DNA of 64,000 bases from assembly GCA_964016885.1 (NCBI GenBank), contig OZ024747.1:18228001-18292000 (forward strand), given 5' to 3'. The notes under the pieces were generated by a model. The model searched no databases and was not told the DNA's origin. It saw only the letters and a program-made list of their open reading frames with translations. Position 1 is the first letter of the stretch. The number at the start of each line of letters is the position of its first letter. A program made the position numbers and the translations under genes. The stretch comes from Eledone cirrhosa (Eukaryota). Below, piece by piece: positions 1 through 13,575 of the stretch.

Positions 1-35
1 AAAAAAAAACACTCAGTTACACACTATAACAGTGA

Positions 36-545
36 ATGCTGGTGTTGCCCTTTAAAAATTATTATGGCAACCCTAAACACAGCAAGGGGTGCTTGTTGTT
101 ACCGTTCCTCTTCCTCCTGGTCATTGACTGGATAATGAAAACCACTAAAACAGACAGGAATAATGGTATCCAGTGTACACTCTGGACACCACTGGATGAC
201 CTCGATTTTACTGATGACCTGGCACTCTTGTCATACAATTATGACCAAATATAAGATAAGATCTCACACTTGGAGACTATGTCAGCTGGGACAGGGCTCA
301 AGATAAACAAGAAAAAAACCAAGCTGATGAAGATCAACACCACTGCCAACACACCTGTCACAGTTGATGGAGAGCCCATCAGAGAGGTTGAGTCATTTGT
401 ATACCTGGGAAGTGTGTTTGATCGAGGTAGGATAACTGACCAAGATGTCATAGCCAGGATTGGCAAAGCAAGAGCAGCTTTCATCATGCTAAAGAATGTC
501 TGGGCATCAAAAGAGATCTTTCCAAGAACTAAACTTCACAATTTG
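36..545 (+). mobile_element. Degenerate RTE-clade LINE reverse transcriptase fragment
   Basis: ORFs 36-254 and 270-611 give GCLLLPFLFLLVIDWIM, LDDLDFTDDLALL (FADD-type RT motif), GLKINKKKTK, VESFVYLGS and RIGKARAAF, all typical of RTE RT. Interrupted by a stop. Confidence 0.85.
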
Positions 546-1039
546 AACATTGAGACATACTGCGCCTTTCACACTCAAAATGTATGTGGTATTTTGACTG
601 TTCAACAGTAGGCAGTGGGAATAAGCTGCATATATTAACTACTAACAGGATTAGCTGAAAATGTTGTTTATAGTGAAGGATTATAATGAAAGCTTTTAAT
701 ATTTTGTTTCGTCTGAAATACTACTTACTCCCCAGGCATTACATGGATCTCATTAATAAATATTTAATCAAAGCTAAAGAATTGAATGTCTTTTCTCTAA
801 TATTTGATCTCATTAAAATTTTCTAATTGTACCCTATAATATTTCTGTGAACTGATCTATTGAAATGGTTCTCAAGCTTGGGTCTGTGAGCCCCTCAGAT
901 TCTACAAAGGTATTATTGGGGGTCAGTGAGTTAAGTTCAAAATTTCAAGTACTTTGTTAAAAACATATTGTATACATGGTATTGGGTATCCATTCTTCTC
1001 TAAGTGTAAGCATTTCTATCTTTTGATTGTTATTCTCAT

Positions 1040-1200
1040 TGTATAATCTTTTCATGCCAGTTGCTGTCAAGACCTCTGGTGTCTTTGGTCCCCAAACTGC
1101 TGTTTTCCATCACAAAGATGGAAAGACTACAGCCTACCTGATGGAAAAACTACATGTGGTAGTGTGGCTGATGGAGCGGGTGTTGCTGGCACAGCAAGGC
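1040..1200 (+). mobile_element. Old 3' fragment of CRE-like RLE retrotransposon
   Basis: FMPVAVKTSGVFGP resembles the [14 protein letters not shown] motif of the element at 5670-5710. Confidence 0.5.
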
Positions 1201-3129
1201 TTTTGCCACCTTGTCCGTGGGTCACTGCTGAGACATACTGCCCCGACAGGGGTGTAGAGCTTGCCCCCCTTTTCCCCTTGCTTTCATTATCCAATTATTT
1301 TTTATTATAAACATTATATAATTTAACTGAAATAAAATTTCTCATATCAGAGGGTAGTAATTATAGCATGAAGGATTTGGTCCATTTAAATAAAAGGGAG
1401 CTCCATAGTCAAAAGGTTAGGAATCACAAGAATCTGGTTCTACAATTACAACTGGTGCTTGTCAAAAATCAGCAGAGTTAATTGCCTGTAGTAAAGTTTG
1501 ACTAAACATACTTTACAGTAGAGTCAAAGATTTTACCACTTTCGTTTATTCCTTGAAATTTATTCAAGGATAACAGTGCTGCTAGACCAGTTGCTTTACT
1601 ACTGGTTTAATAATGTGTGCTAATCATTTTTTCTTTGTTGTTGTTTTTTTCTTTTTATTCTATATTTCTTGTAGTATGGATTGCCAAGGTTGACTTTCCA
1701 TCTGGTCTTCTCACTAGTGTCTTGCGAATGACTGATTTCCTCACTATGCAATAATAGTTTTGGTTTCTTTAAAAGATCATTGTTACATACATATTTCACT
1801 CTTGTCAGTTTTCTTCATGGTTATATTATATTCTCTGATAAAATCCAGGAGGAAAAGTGATTCATATGAATGGAAATTGAAGGTTTAAAAATGTTACTGA
1901 TTGCTTTTAATGTATTATTTTATCTATATTCTCAAGCAAACAACATTGATATTTTTAACATAGATATGTTTTTCTTAAAATATACATGTGAAAATGGAGA
2001 TAATAGAAATCTATGAAACCAGAAAACTGGTTAATATCTTGTCAGTGGCCCAATGTTCTTTGCCTGGACAACACACTTAACTCACAATAGCTCAATACAT
2101 TTAACTGTACACTCATTTACATTTGTTCACTCAACCACCCTATTCTAATTCACTGATTCACTCCCTCGCAGTCTTTCTCTTATCTCCTTTCTTACACTTG
2201 TTTGTTGATACACTTCTTTACACTTTTTATTGCTAAACCTCCTCCATACCACATTCACAGTGTTCTTTTTGTCTTTTATCACATAGTCAAAGAAGCAAGG
2301 GTGGTGCCTCTGAGCCTTTTCAGAGGCTCCATAACTAGTGTGCTGAAAAGATAAAGTAATCCTCAGACCAGAAACTTCGTTTGAATGCTTGCAATAGAGT
2401 GGTCTCTTCTAAAGTCACTCTTAGGTTCAAGGAGAGGTGTTAAACCAGGTGACAGATTAAGTTTAACTTCCACAGGTTTAACTCCAATCAGTTACTGGAA
2501 TCTTTTCTGTAGAGGTGTAAAAAGCAATATTCTATAGTCAGCTGTATCTAGTTTAGAGAACAGTGAACTCTTTTATTTCCGTTATGCACATGGGATATAT
2601 AAGCATGCCAAAAATTGAAAGAAACATTTTTCTCATTTCTGCAAACAAGCAATGTTTGATAATATGGTACTGGGTTCACTGCATGAAGGAAAAAAGACCA
2701 GAGGGTCATGGTTGGAACATCTTTGATCATAGGTCTAAGCAATAAGGTTTGACTTGGAATTAAAAGACAACCACAACTGCAATACCTAATCCGTGTATAA
2801 CAACTAAAGAACCTTTTTCTACTTCACTCTCCACACTCTCAGATTTGCTAGCTCACTCATTCATTCAAATTTGTTCACCTTTCAATCATTTCTTCACTCA
2901 TATTCATTTGCACGCTCTCACTCATTCATTCGCACTTATTAACTCACATTTGCTCCTCATACCCATTTCATTAAAATTCCTTGTAATAATCCATTTCCTT
3001 GAACTATAACATGCTAGAATTTCAGCCCTCGGCGTAATAACATGGTATGGAAACTTGTAAAGAGTGTTTGACTATTTATAGTTATTTAATTTACTGGTCA
3101 CTGCAAATTGTCAGCTGGTAATGGGAGAA

Positions 3130-3257
3130 TATGGGGTACTCTGTCAAAGAGCTAAGAACTTTTCTTGTAGTTGTCTTACTAAAAAGTGGGCATCTGTGGT
3201 GCTCTTCCCTGGCATGAAGCCAAATTGCATCTCATCTAATTTAACTCTTTCTCTATG
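3130..3257 (-). mobile_element. RTE RT fragment, downstream half of a host element split by the CRE insertion
   Basis: Minus strand reads RVKLDEMQFGFMPGKSTTDAHFLVRQLQEK, homologous to DLDEMQFGFVSGKSTTDALFVVRQLQEK in ORF 43585-43977. Confidence 0.8.
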
Positions 3258-5949
3258 TTTTTTTTTGTTTTTTTTTGTGTACATCCATTCACTCATTCAT
3301 TTACTGCCATTCTACCTTCCCGTGTCTCCCCCTCCATGCAGCTCCTTTTCGCTCTCGTTTTCTGGCACCTCCATATATATAGGTGAGTTATGCTGCCCTC
3401 TTACCAGCATTTTCCCTTCCACCCACACACACCAGCCACCCACCCCTGATGCCGCTCGGTGCCTCAGTTCCCGGCCCCATGCCCCATCCCCCACCCCTCC
3501 AAATCGACACCTGCAGCATTAACAAACGGAAAAGGGGCCGGAACTGTTTGGGGTGCGGCTGTTTCCACCACCTCACCTGCGTTGGTTTGACTCATCGAGC
3601 TTCCAATGCCCTCACAGCGTGGAGGTGCAGGAGCTGCCTCTTCCCCATGTCTTCCCAGCCACGGCCGTCTGGCACACCACCAGATGGGACAGCGAGCTTG
3701 CCTGACGCCCAAGCCTCGCTGGTCAACATCGCTCGGCTCAGGTGGCTCCGGAAGATCCCACTCAGGATCCCGAGAGTGGCACGGGTGCCGGTAGCCAATG
3801 CCCTCGCTTCCTCGATTTCGTCAAGGCCAATGTCTCGTCATTTGGGCGAGCGCCCATTCCAAGCGTCCCTAGGGACGCTACACACTCCACTCTCAGGTAC
3901 CCCCTATCCTCCACCCCCGAGGCCAGCGCCAAGCGTTTGTGTGACCAGGTAAACGCAAAGCTTATCATGGGTGATGTCTTGGCCGCAGTCAGAGTTGTTG
4001 CCTCAGAGGACACTGTCCTCCAACCCACCGAGGAGATCCTGGCTGCTCTGCGGCTCAAACACCCTGAGCCACCCACTGATCTCAGACCCATACCCCCCAC
4101 CTGCTCCTTGTGGCTACTGATGCAGATATCATGTCCGCCATAAGGTCCTTCCCAGCTAGTGTCAAGCTTGACATGAGGAATGCCTTTAACTCTTTACGCT
4201 GGGATCATCTGCTCGAGGCCTGCCTCAGCTGAGCCCCCTCTGCCTACCCGCTGGCCTACCTGTCATATGGAGCCCCGGGCATACTCCTAGCTGCTGATAC
4301 GGTCATACCCTTGGCTACTGGGGTTCAACAGGGCGACCCTTTGGGACCCCTCCTGTTTGCCCTTGGTATTGACCACATCGCCCGGAGTATCACGGCCCCT
4401 CTCAACGTTTGGTATCTGGATGATGCTACGTTGGGCGGGCCCGTACGGACGGTCTGCCAAGACTTCAATCGGTGATTCCTGCCCTGGCGGGAATCGGCCT
4501 CCAGGTCAACTCGGCCAAGTCAGAGGTGGTGAACGTCAGCCTCGATTTTGCGAGCTTTGCAGCCTCCGTCTTGGACGTGCGGTCGATTCTCCGCCAGGTT
4601 CAGGTGACCCCCAAAGAGGGGGTCACCTGAACCTGGCCATCCGCTCCACCATCAAGTCCAGGCTTCAACAGCTCCAGACTCTCACGAGCCGACTGGGCTT
4701 GATTGACAGCCACCCAGCTCTCTTTCCGCTGAGGAACTGCTTCGCCATGCTGAAGCTCCTCTATAGACTCCGCAGCGCTCCGTGCTACACCCAGACATCT
4801 CTCCTCACTGACCTCGATACTTGTATCCGAGCAGCAGCCGAGGGGATATGCAACGTCAAGTTTGACGACATAGGGTGGCAACAGGCCACTTTACCGGTCA
4901 GGTATGGCGGCCTAGGCCACTGGTCTCCGATCTCACTAGCTTTGCCGGCGTATCTTTTGTCGGTAACCTCGTGCCGCGTCCTCGTCAGCAGGGTTCTTCA
5001 AAACACAACAGAACCCTCTGTGTTCAGAGAACGTGAGGCCGTCTGTGAGACGTGGGACCGGCTGGGACTTAGCCCAGTAGACGTCCCTCCTCCTTCTCCC
5101 CTTGTTGACGTCAAGTCCCCCCAATGCACTTGGGATGCCATCCAGTGCAGCCTGGCCTCAAACAGGCTCACGCGCCAGCTCGACCAGCACCGCCTTGCTT
5201 GTTTTCGTGCGGCCTCCAAACCCCACAGTGGTGCTTGGCTCCATTCTCTGCCCTCCTTCTCCACTGGCACGCAGCTAGACAACCATAGCCTGCGAATCGG
5301 CGTTTCCCTGAGGTTCGGCCTCCGGATCTGCCAGCCACACCAATGTCGCTGCGGTTCCACTCCACCCGCTTTCCTGTCGCCACAGTGCCAGCCGCATTCC
5401 ATGCTGCCCTCAACGAGGTCATTAAGCATGGCTTGGACGCTGCAGGCTTCCCTTCCCAGCTCGAGCCGGTGAGGCTGGATCGAGGGGACGGCAAAAGGCC
5501 AGATAGCATGACCATCTTCCCGTTCCGCGGTGGCAAACCCCTCGTCTGGGATGCCACTTGCACCGACACAACCTGGTGCAGTCTGCGACTGACCCAGGTT
5601 CTGCTGCACGTCGGGCTGAGGGGGCCAAACTCCTCAAATACCGGTCGCTCTACGACAGGTTTGCGGTCGTTCCCCTGGCAGTGGAAACTTCTGGTGTCAT
5701 CGGCCCCAGGGCTACCTCCTTACTCACCACCATAGGCGCTGAGCTGGCCAGCCGCAGGTGTGAGCCCCGCGAGTTGGAGTGGCTTTTCCAGCGCGTCTCC
5801 CTTGCCGTCCTCCGGGGAAACGCCTTCTCTATTCTGTCCGCCAGGGCTGTGGGTGGGCCCCATCGCGTACCAATACATTAGTTAAATACCATTCTTTCAT
5901 CTGATACAACACAATAAAATTCGAACATAAAAAAAAAAAAAAAAAAAAA
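3258..5949 (+). mobile_element. CRE-like non-LTR retrotransposon (PHD-like finger, RT, restriction-like endonuclease), frameshifted and internally deleted
   Basis: Cys/His cluster CLGCGCFHHLTC...WRCRSC. RT motifs KLDMRNAFN (~4165), GVQQGDPLGPLLF (~4320) and WYLDD (~4410). RLE motifs [31 protein letters not shown] and FQRVSLAVLRGNA. Stop at 5881, AATAAA ~5913, poly(A) 5928-5949. GC-rich relative to flanks. Confidence 0.9.
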
Positions 5950-6200
5950 TTAGTTGTGCTGGAACCCTTTGTCACTCTCATAACTTGATCCATTAGTTTT
6001 ATTGCCCCGCAGTTGCTCCTTTTTAGAGTATCGTCTTTTTCCTTTTAGTAATTAATGATTTTACTGCTGCACCAGTCATTGAGTATGTCCCCATGCTGTA
6101 TTATTTGATTGACTATGTGGGTGACTTGTTTAACTTCTACTTACCCAGATGCTTTCGTTTATCCAGCTATGATGGTGCTGTCACTTGGAGATTACATATT
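5950..6200 (-). mobile_element. RTE RT fragment, upstream half of the host element split by the CRE insertion
   Basis: Minus strand reads approximately NDWCSSKII..KGKDDTLKRSNCGAIKLMDQVMRVT..AQL, which continues directly into 3257-3130. Confidence 0.75.
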
Positions 6201-6851
6201 GAGTACTACAATAGCCAGTATGTGCATGATACTAAAGTGCCATTTAAGAAAGACTTGACTGCTATTTCTAGCAGGTATGTTGTTGTTACTTAGCACCTGG
6301 TAAGTCTTGATCAAGCAGACTTATAGTCAAAAGTGTTCTAGCTGTGACTGGCCATATCTTATTTTCAGGCATAGTATTTGTATATCTAAGAGTACATTAT
6401 TCAATGTACCCTTCCTTTTTTATGTTAGGTCATTGAGTGCGATTCTAAGGAGACTTTAAGCAGGTAAAGCAACATCATATAGTCTCATTATTCAGTTTGT
6501 ATAACATTAAATAGCTTACAAAATAAAAACCACAACCTTGCAACAAATAAATGAATGAATAAATATAAATAAAATGTCGTAGTTGATTTTTATATAATTC
6601 AGCTAATTAAGGTCTGTTACAAATAATCATTAGCTTAATTAACACTTAATTACTTGTTGACCAATTAAACAGTGCTTATGTTTCATGAATAAATAAAAAC
6701 TAACAAAAACACTTATTTCAAACAATCCTGCTCTTAGATTATCAAACTAATTGTGTACTGTGTGGTGTGATAACCTGTATCAAGAAAGAGTTGAAATACA
6801 TGTGTTAGTACGTGTGTGTGTATATAAGTAAATAAATCTACCTGCCTGTAA

Positions 6852-7638
<787 letters not shown>

Positions 7639-7745
7639 ACCAATGAAAGTTGGAAAATCACTGATGAAGGACTAATTTTATTCATATGTAACCCATGTGC
7701 AACCACGCAGCACTCAATTCTTCTCATATTTATATATATATATAT

Positions 7746-7951
7746 AACGAAGGAAGTGTGGTAAGGAACCAGGTGGACCATAACGCGCCAGAGTACTCAA
7801 TACTTAGGGTAGTAGAGTGGGTAATAGGAAAATGTTCAAGATCCCGACGGCAGAGCTCAAGCAGTTTCGACGGCTATTTCTTGATTGCCTGTCCAGAAAT
7901 AACCGTCGAAACGGCTTGGGCTCTGGCGTCGTGGTCTTGAACATTTTCCTA
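7746..7951 (-). mobile_element. Fold-back element family A, copy 1
   Basis: Imperfect hairpin at 7825-7951 plus ~80-nt tail. Homologous to 31969-32208, 33014-33213 and 57391-57582. (TA)n on both sides. Confidence 0.85.
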
Positions 7952-8032
7952 TATATATATATTGTATACACTCTACTAATGTATTGAGTACTTTACTTCC
8001 TGTGGTTACGCCCGATTGAACCCAGGACTCAC

Positions 8033-8195
8033 ATAAAGAGTCGGGACCTCGACGACTGAGCTCTTGCCGTTTAAGCAGCTAGTTCTTAGCTCAGTCGTCG
8101 GCGTCCTGACTCTTTATAATATAACCATACTCTACTACTCCAAGTATCGAGTACTCGTTGAGTACTGGTCTAACCAGTTTCAAACTGATTCCATC

Positions 8196-8200
<5 letters not shown>
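8033..8200 (+). mobile_element. Fold-back element family A, diverged copy 2
   Basis: Arms ataaagagtcgggacctcgacgactgagct and agctcagtcgtcggcgtcctgactctttat. Tail contains ACTC-TAC...GTA-TC-GAGT. Confidence 0.65.
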
Positions 8201-8276
<76 letters not shown>

Positions 8277-8385
8277 GTTATTCCGGGTTGAATCGGAGGT
8301 AACCACAGTAAGTAAGGTACTCAATACATAGCAGAGTATAAAAGTTTTAATATATTTTCATCTATATTAAAACTATATATATATA

Positions 8386-8645
8386 TGTAGATAAATCTAC
8401 CAAAAGTTTACGGTAGTGTCCAATCCGTATGAAGAACTCAATGTAATCCGGATATCATGGAAAGAAGAGATGCATTCAAAAATCACTTTCGGTGAAAGAC
8501 AAACGGAATACAGAGTCAAGATAAAATATTAAAAAAATAATGAATAAAACAATGAAACAGTTCCTTATATTAAACAGTTCCTTATATTAAACTTTTTTTG
8601 TTTAATATAAGGAACTGTTTCATTGTTTTATTCATTATTTTTTTA

Positions 8646-8652
<7 letters not shown>
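8386..8652 (-). mobile_element. Fold-back element family G, copy 1
   Basis: Near-identical inverted copy at 53142-53362. ~50-bp inverted arms at 8522-8575 and 8600-8653. (TA)n flanks. Confidence 0.8.
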
Positions 8653-8730
<78 letters not shown>

Positions 8731-8736
8731 GGCTTC

Positions 8737-8760
8737 CTGATGATTTCGCCCGAATGAAAC
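8737..8760 (+). ncRNA. Minimal hammerhead core in TA-flanked element family F (8729-8865)
   Basis: CTGATGA-T-TTC-GCCC-GAA-T-GAAAC. Homologous to 34298-34321 (-). Tail homologous to 7965-8030 and 8277-8340 (-). Confidence 0.65.
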
Positions 8761-11140
8761 AGTTCTAGTCCTGTAGAAGCCATTTCTATACTAAATATTT
8801 ATACTCTGCTATGTATTGCGTACTTTACTTACTATGGTTACCACCGATTGAACCCGGGATAAACATATATATATATACACACACACAAACATATGTTTCT
8901 CTATTTTTACGGTTTTGTCTCATTTTCTGCTTCTGTCTGTCTAGTATTTCTCTCTCTCTCTCTCTCTATTTCACTTTCATTCTCTCTCTTTACTAGTTTT
9001 TTTTATCTATCTCTACTACGTATTTTATCTGTCTTTCTGTCACCCACTCTGTTTTCACTGTTCTGACATAAAACAGGTGTTGTTCATTAAATCCACTGTG
9101 GCCTCATGAATTAATCTTATATAATTAGACCCTGGTTATTATTATTATTATTATTCATTTATTCGGTGTAATTTCATGGTGTAATATTTAGCCGCAGATG
9201 CAGTGTAATGTTGCCTACATAAATTGTCATGTTATGATAAATTGTTGTAATAGAACCTTGACTAATGTTATCATAATAGTTTTATAGTATAGGTAACTCC
9301 CTTAACTCACTTAGTTGGAAAAGGATAGCAGAAAGGGGAGTCACTATTTTAAGCTATATATAATAATAATTATGCATAGTATTCACATTAAGTCAGTATA
9401 TTAATATAAATAATATTTTGTGTGTGTGTGTGTATGTGTTTTTATTTATCTTGATGGTGTTGATTGAGCAATCCTAGATCAAAGACATTCCATCTATGAC
9501 TGTCAAGACTTTTTCCAGACATAGTGTACCTTGGATAACATTATACTGAGTGTCCATTAAAAAAAAAAGATGGTTGCATGTAATTTGAGAAGGATTTGGC
9601 TGCTATTTCTAGTAGGTTATACGAACAGTTGGGGACTACTTAATTGGCTCATAGATGCAAATGGGAGGTTTTAAAAACATCAGTTTAATCTAATGAAATT
9701 CTTATGTCGGTGGTTTTTAACCTTTTTAGCTCCATGCCCCACCACAAAACCCCGAAAGAAATTGATACTTCCCCCTCAATATAAAAACATGTTTTGATGT
9801 TAAAAAGCTATAATATAAAATTTAGTAATTTACCAAAAAGAAAAATGTTTAATCAATAATACTGCTTTAAATATACATATTGAAATGAAATTCTTTTCTT
9901 AAATGTTGAGTTTTGAAATTGCCTCCTTAAAATATTCAAATTGCTTCTCTGTTGGGTATATGCTTCACATTCATAATCACTAACATACACCATCAGTGAT
10001 GCAGTATTTCCTGTACTGGCTGTACTCTATCTGCTGTTAGCTACACTCTGACATGTGTGTTGAGAGAGTGTCTTCACTCTGATCACTGTGCAACAGTTCT
10101 GGTTGTTTTAAACAAAACTGTTCATCCTATTCGCCCAGTAAGTTGACAAACTATCAAACTTGTGAGAGGATTTTAACTCAATAAAACTTGTAATTAGAAT
10201 TATTAATGTATCTATTGAGTTCATAGTCAAATATATGTATATTGTATTGAACTTGTAACACCCAATTAAAACAATATATATTGAAAACATAATGAAATAA
10301 AATGTATAGTTCACTCCTCCATAGGTTTAGCTGGCCTCCTATGAGGTGGCACTTTGTGGAAGGTTTCTCAAGTGTCTTAATGAAAAGGTCCTATCATGAA
10401 AAGTAATGTGAAATTAAGTATCTTACTCAAGAACACAATGTGCTACCTTTGTCTATGAATTGAACTCACGACTTTATGATCATGAGTCCAATACTCTAAG
10501 TACTAAGCAAAGTAACTTTACCAAACAAGACGTAGAGAACTTACTAATACACATATACGACTGTAGTTTAAGTTAGTCTAGGCCTAATGAGGTACAAATA
10601 TGTGTGTAGTTACACAGGCAAAAAGGGAGTAGCATGAGGTCTCTTGGAAAGGTGGTACAAAATATCACATGAATAGGTGGTAGGGGTGAAGAAACCAATA
10701 CAAATAGGTAAGAAATCACCACAGGAGACACTCTATTGTCCCTTTTGATACCACATCACTTGAAACTACCTTGCAACTATGATACAAAACTGCTCATTTT
10801 AAAATGTTTATCATGACTCATACACTGTTCATTTTCCTGACAATTGTACATTATTCTATGTCTTATACATGCACCTTTGATGAGTTGTATTGCACCTGAG
10901 AGCTGTACACAATAATTTCATTATATATATCCTGATATTAAATCCTGCTATCAGGTGATGTTCTAAATATCAGTTTACTAATGAAAAACTTTATTTTATT
11001 AAATTCTTCCAAATATTTGATTATTTTTTAAATGAATTGAAACACATAGGGAGTGTATTCTATCAAAATAGGGTAATGAAAGGGGTTAAACAAGCAAGAG
11101 GATTTTTACTCAGTAATACAAACTAATGAAACATTTTTCT

Positions 11141-11345
11141 GTGGAGTGGTAGAATTGGTAGAGCATTGAATAAAATGCCATGGCAGTATTTGTTCTGCCT
11201 CTTTACATTCTGAGTTTGAATCTTGCCAAGGTCAACTTTACCTTTCGCCCTTCTGGGGTCGATAAAATAAAGTACCAGTCATGTATTGGTGTGGATTTAT
11301 TAACTTTACCCTTCACCCAAAAGGCTTTGTGCCAAAATTAGAAAT
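11141..11345 (+). mobile_element. tRNA-derived SINE (family 1)
   Basis: A-box-like tggtagaattgg, B-box-like gagtttgaatc and core gccaaggtcaactttacc...gtcgataaaataaagtaccag. Relatives at 23755-23970 (-), 32270-32395, 50523-50660, 53900-54057 (-), ~61800-61890 and ~62680-62770. Confidence 0.75.
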
Positions 11346-12491
11346 TAATTTACACAAACATTTGCTGTTTCCAGAGTTGAGCATCATATACTCATGATAC
11401 TGATTTCATTGTTAGATTTACTGGGAGAACTCTTTATGTATGTAGTGACACTAGTGAGAAGAGGAAATACTATTGACCTTTTGGTTGATTACCCCCTACA
11501 CTATTAACCCTATGACATTTACAGAAGATATATTACCTTTAACTCTATATCTAGCTTTACACTTGAAACAAATTTGGGCTTATAGCCCCTAGATTAGTGG
11601 TTCTTAAATGATGGATTACAGCACACTAGTATGCTGCAAGATGTAGCTAGATATAATGTGAATATAATTAACCCTTTCATTACAATATTTTAATGAAATA
11701 CACTCCCTGTGTTTCAGCAAATGTTGAAAATAATCAAATATGTGGAAGAATTTATTGAAACAGCAAACCTTTTTATTAGTAAGATGATATTTAGAACATT
11801 ACTTAGCAAAAATATCTAAAATTAAATTATGATGGAAGAGTTTAATATAAAGATGAACAGTTTTGTATTGTAAATCCAGGGCAGTTTCAAGCAGTTGATA
11901 TCAAAAATATTAAATTATGTTTCTAAAAAAATTAAAAAATACAAACTGAAATCTTAAATATAAACTACAGTAAGTAATTAAGTGGTGGCTGCTTTTTTCA
12001 ATAAATAACATCAAGACTTTCATCATCATCATCATCATCTGCTGTTTAAATTATTTATATTTATAGGCTAAAGATATAAATCCCTTTTTGTTTTTAACTC
12101 TTTTGTTATCAAATTTTTAAATACACAACTGACATGTTTCAATTTAATTTGAAAATAATAAGAAATTTGGATAAATTTAATAAAATAACTAACATTTTCA
12201 TTAGTAAGATGGTGTTGAAACATTCCTTAACAATGGAAGGTTTTAATTTTAAGTACGATCATTTTAAAATGGGCAGTTTCGTGTGATAAAACTAGAGTGG
12301 TTTGGTAGGGGAGGGTTTCAACCATTTGTTTTGTACTTAGAATGTTTTTCTAATGTGGTTTCATGTGGTAGAAGATGTTAAGAGTTAGTTAATCTGATCC
12401 AATATAATAAAGTAATTCAAATCAATTAATTCCTCTTTTCTATGTTATGTAATCCTTACATAATTTGGTAGATGGCTACTGTAAGGAGGCC

Positions 12492-12569
<78 letters not shown>

Positions 12570-13303
12570 TAAATACTCTGAAGATATAGTTCTATATAGT
12601 TTTACTTATTCATACATCAATTTATTGAGTAACAGCTGTTATGCATATTTCAGAGGCATCAGACAATTGTTAAGCAAGAATAACATAAATCGGGCATATC
12701 CTTATCAGACAGTATTTGACGAAGTTGGTGATACACACACACGTGTGCGCGCACGCACACACACATGCCTATATGGAAAAGGCAGGCATAAAAGAGCTTT
12801 TCTAGTCTATATAAATTTCAGATTGTTGAAATAGTATATATTCCCCTTCCCCCCCCACTAAATTTAAATTAAAAAATGTTAGGTTAGAAACTGAGAGGAA
12901 TTTAGATTTTATTTTATTTTGGAATCTAAAAAGAATTGAGAACAAAAGATATTGTTGCTTTTTTAGCCCTAGGTCGGCCCTGATCAGTTAGACCACTGAT
13001 TAAAACATTCCAGCTGTGAACATGCCATCAGTTTTCTATGAGCAGAAAACCAATGACCACATTATCTAATGTGTCCTTTTCTAAGACAGTAGTGTAAAAT
13101 CTGAGGTTGATATGGCTGCTATTTCTAGCAGGTCAGGCGACCATATAGAGATTCCCACGTTGGCTCCATTAAAACACTTGGTACATATTAGTGGCTGTCC
13201 AATACAGACTGCTCTTACACTCCATGTAGGGGATTAGTGTCATTTGTGTTGTACATGTTTATGTAATTAGTTATAAAATATTTTTTTTACCTTTGATAAA
13301 TGC

Positions 13304-13575
13304 TTCTCTCTCTCTCTTTCTCTCTCTGTCTCGTTCTCTCTTTCTCTCCCTCTCCTGTCTCTCTCCCTCTCTTTCCCTCCCTCTCTTCTATCTTTTCCTC
13401 TCCTCTCTATCCCCCCTCTATCCCCCTCTATCTTCCTCCCTCTCCCTTTCTCGCTCCCTATGTTTCCCTCCATCTCTCTTTCCCTATCTTTCTTTCCTTC
13501 TCTCTCTCTCTCCCTCCCTATCTTTCCCTCCCCTCTCTCTCTCCCTCTCTTTCTCTCACCCCCACCCACGTCTCT
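13304..13575. repeat. Pyrimidine-rich (CT) low-complexity tract
   Basis: Read directly from the sequence. Confidence 0.9.

Noticed and set aside
7661-7690. CTGATGAAGGAC as a hammerhead (also at 39902)
   Set aside because: No closing stem II or GAAA follows, so it is only a half motif.
12640-12735. Possible host exon (ttcag|RGIRQLLSKNNINRAYPYQTVFDEV|gtgata)
   Set aside because: Weak donor site, no recognisable protein and no partner exons. RNA-seq would be needed.
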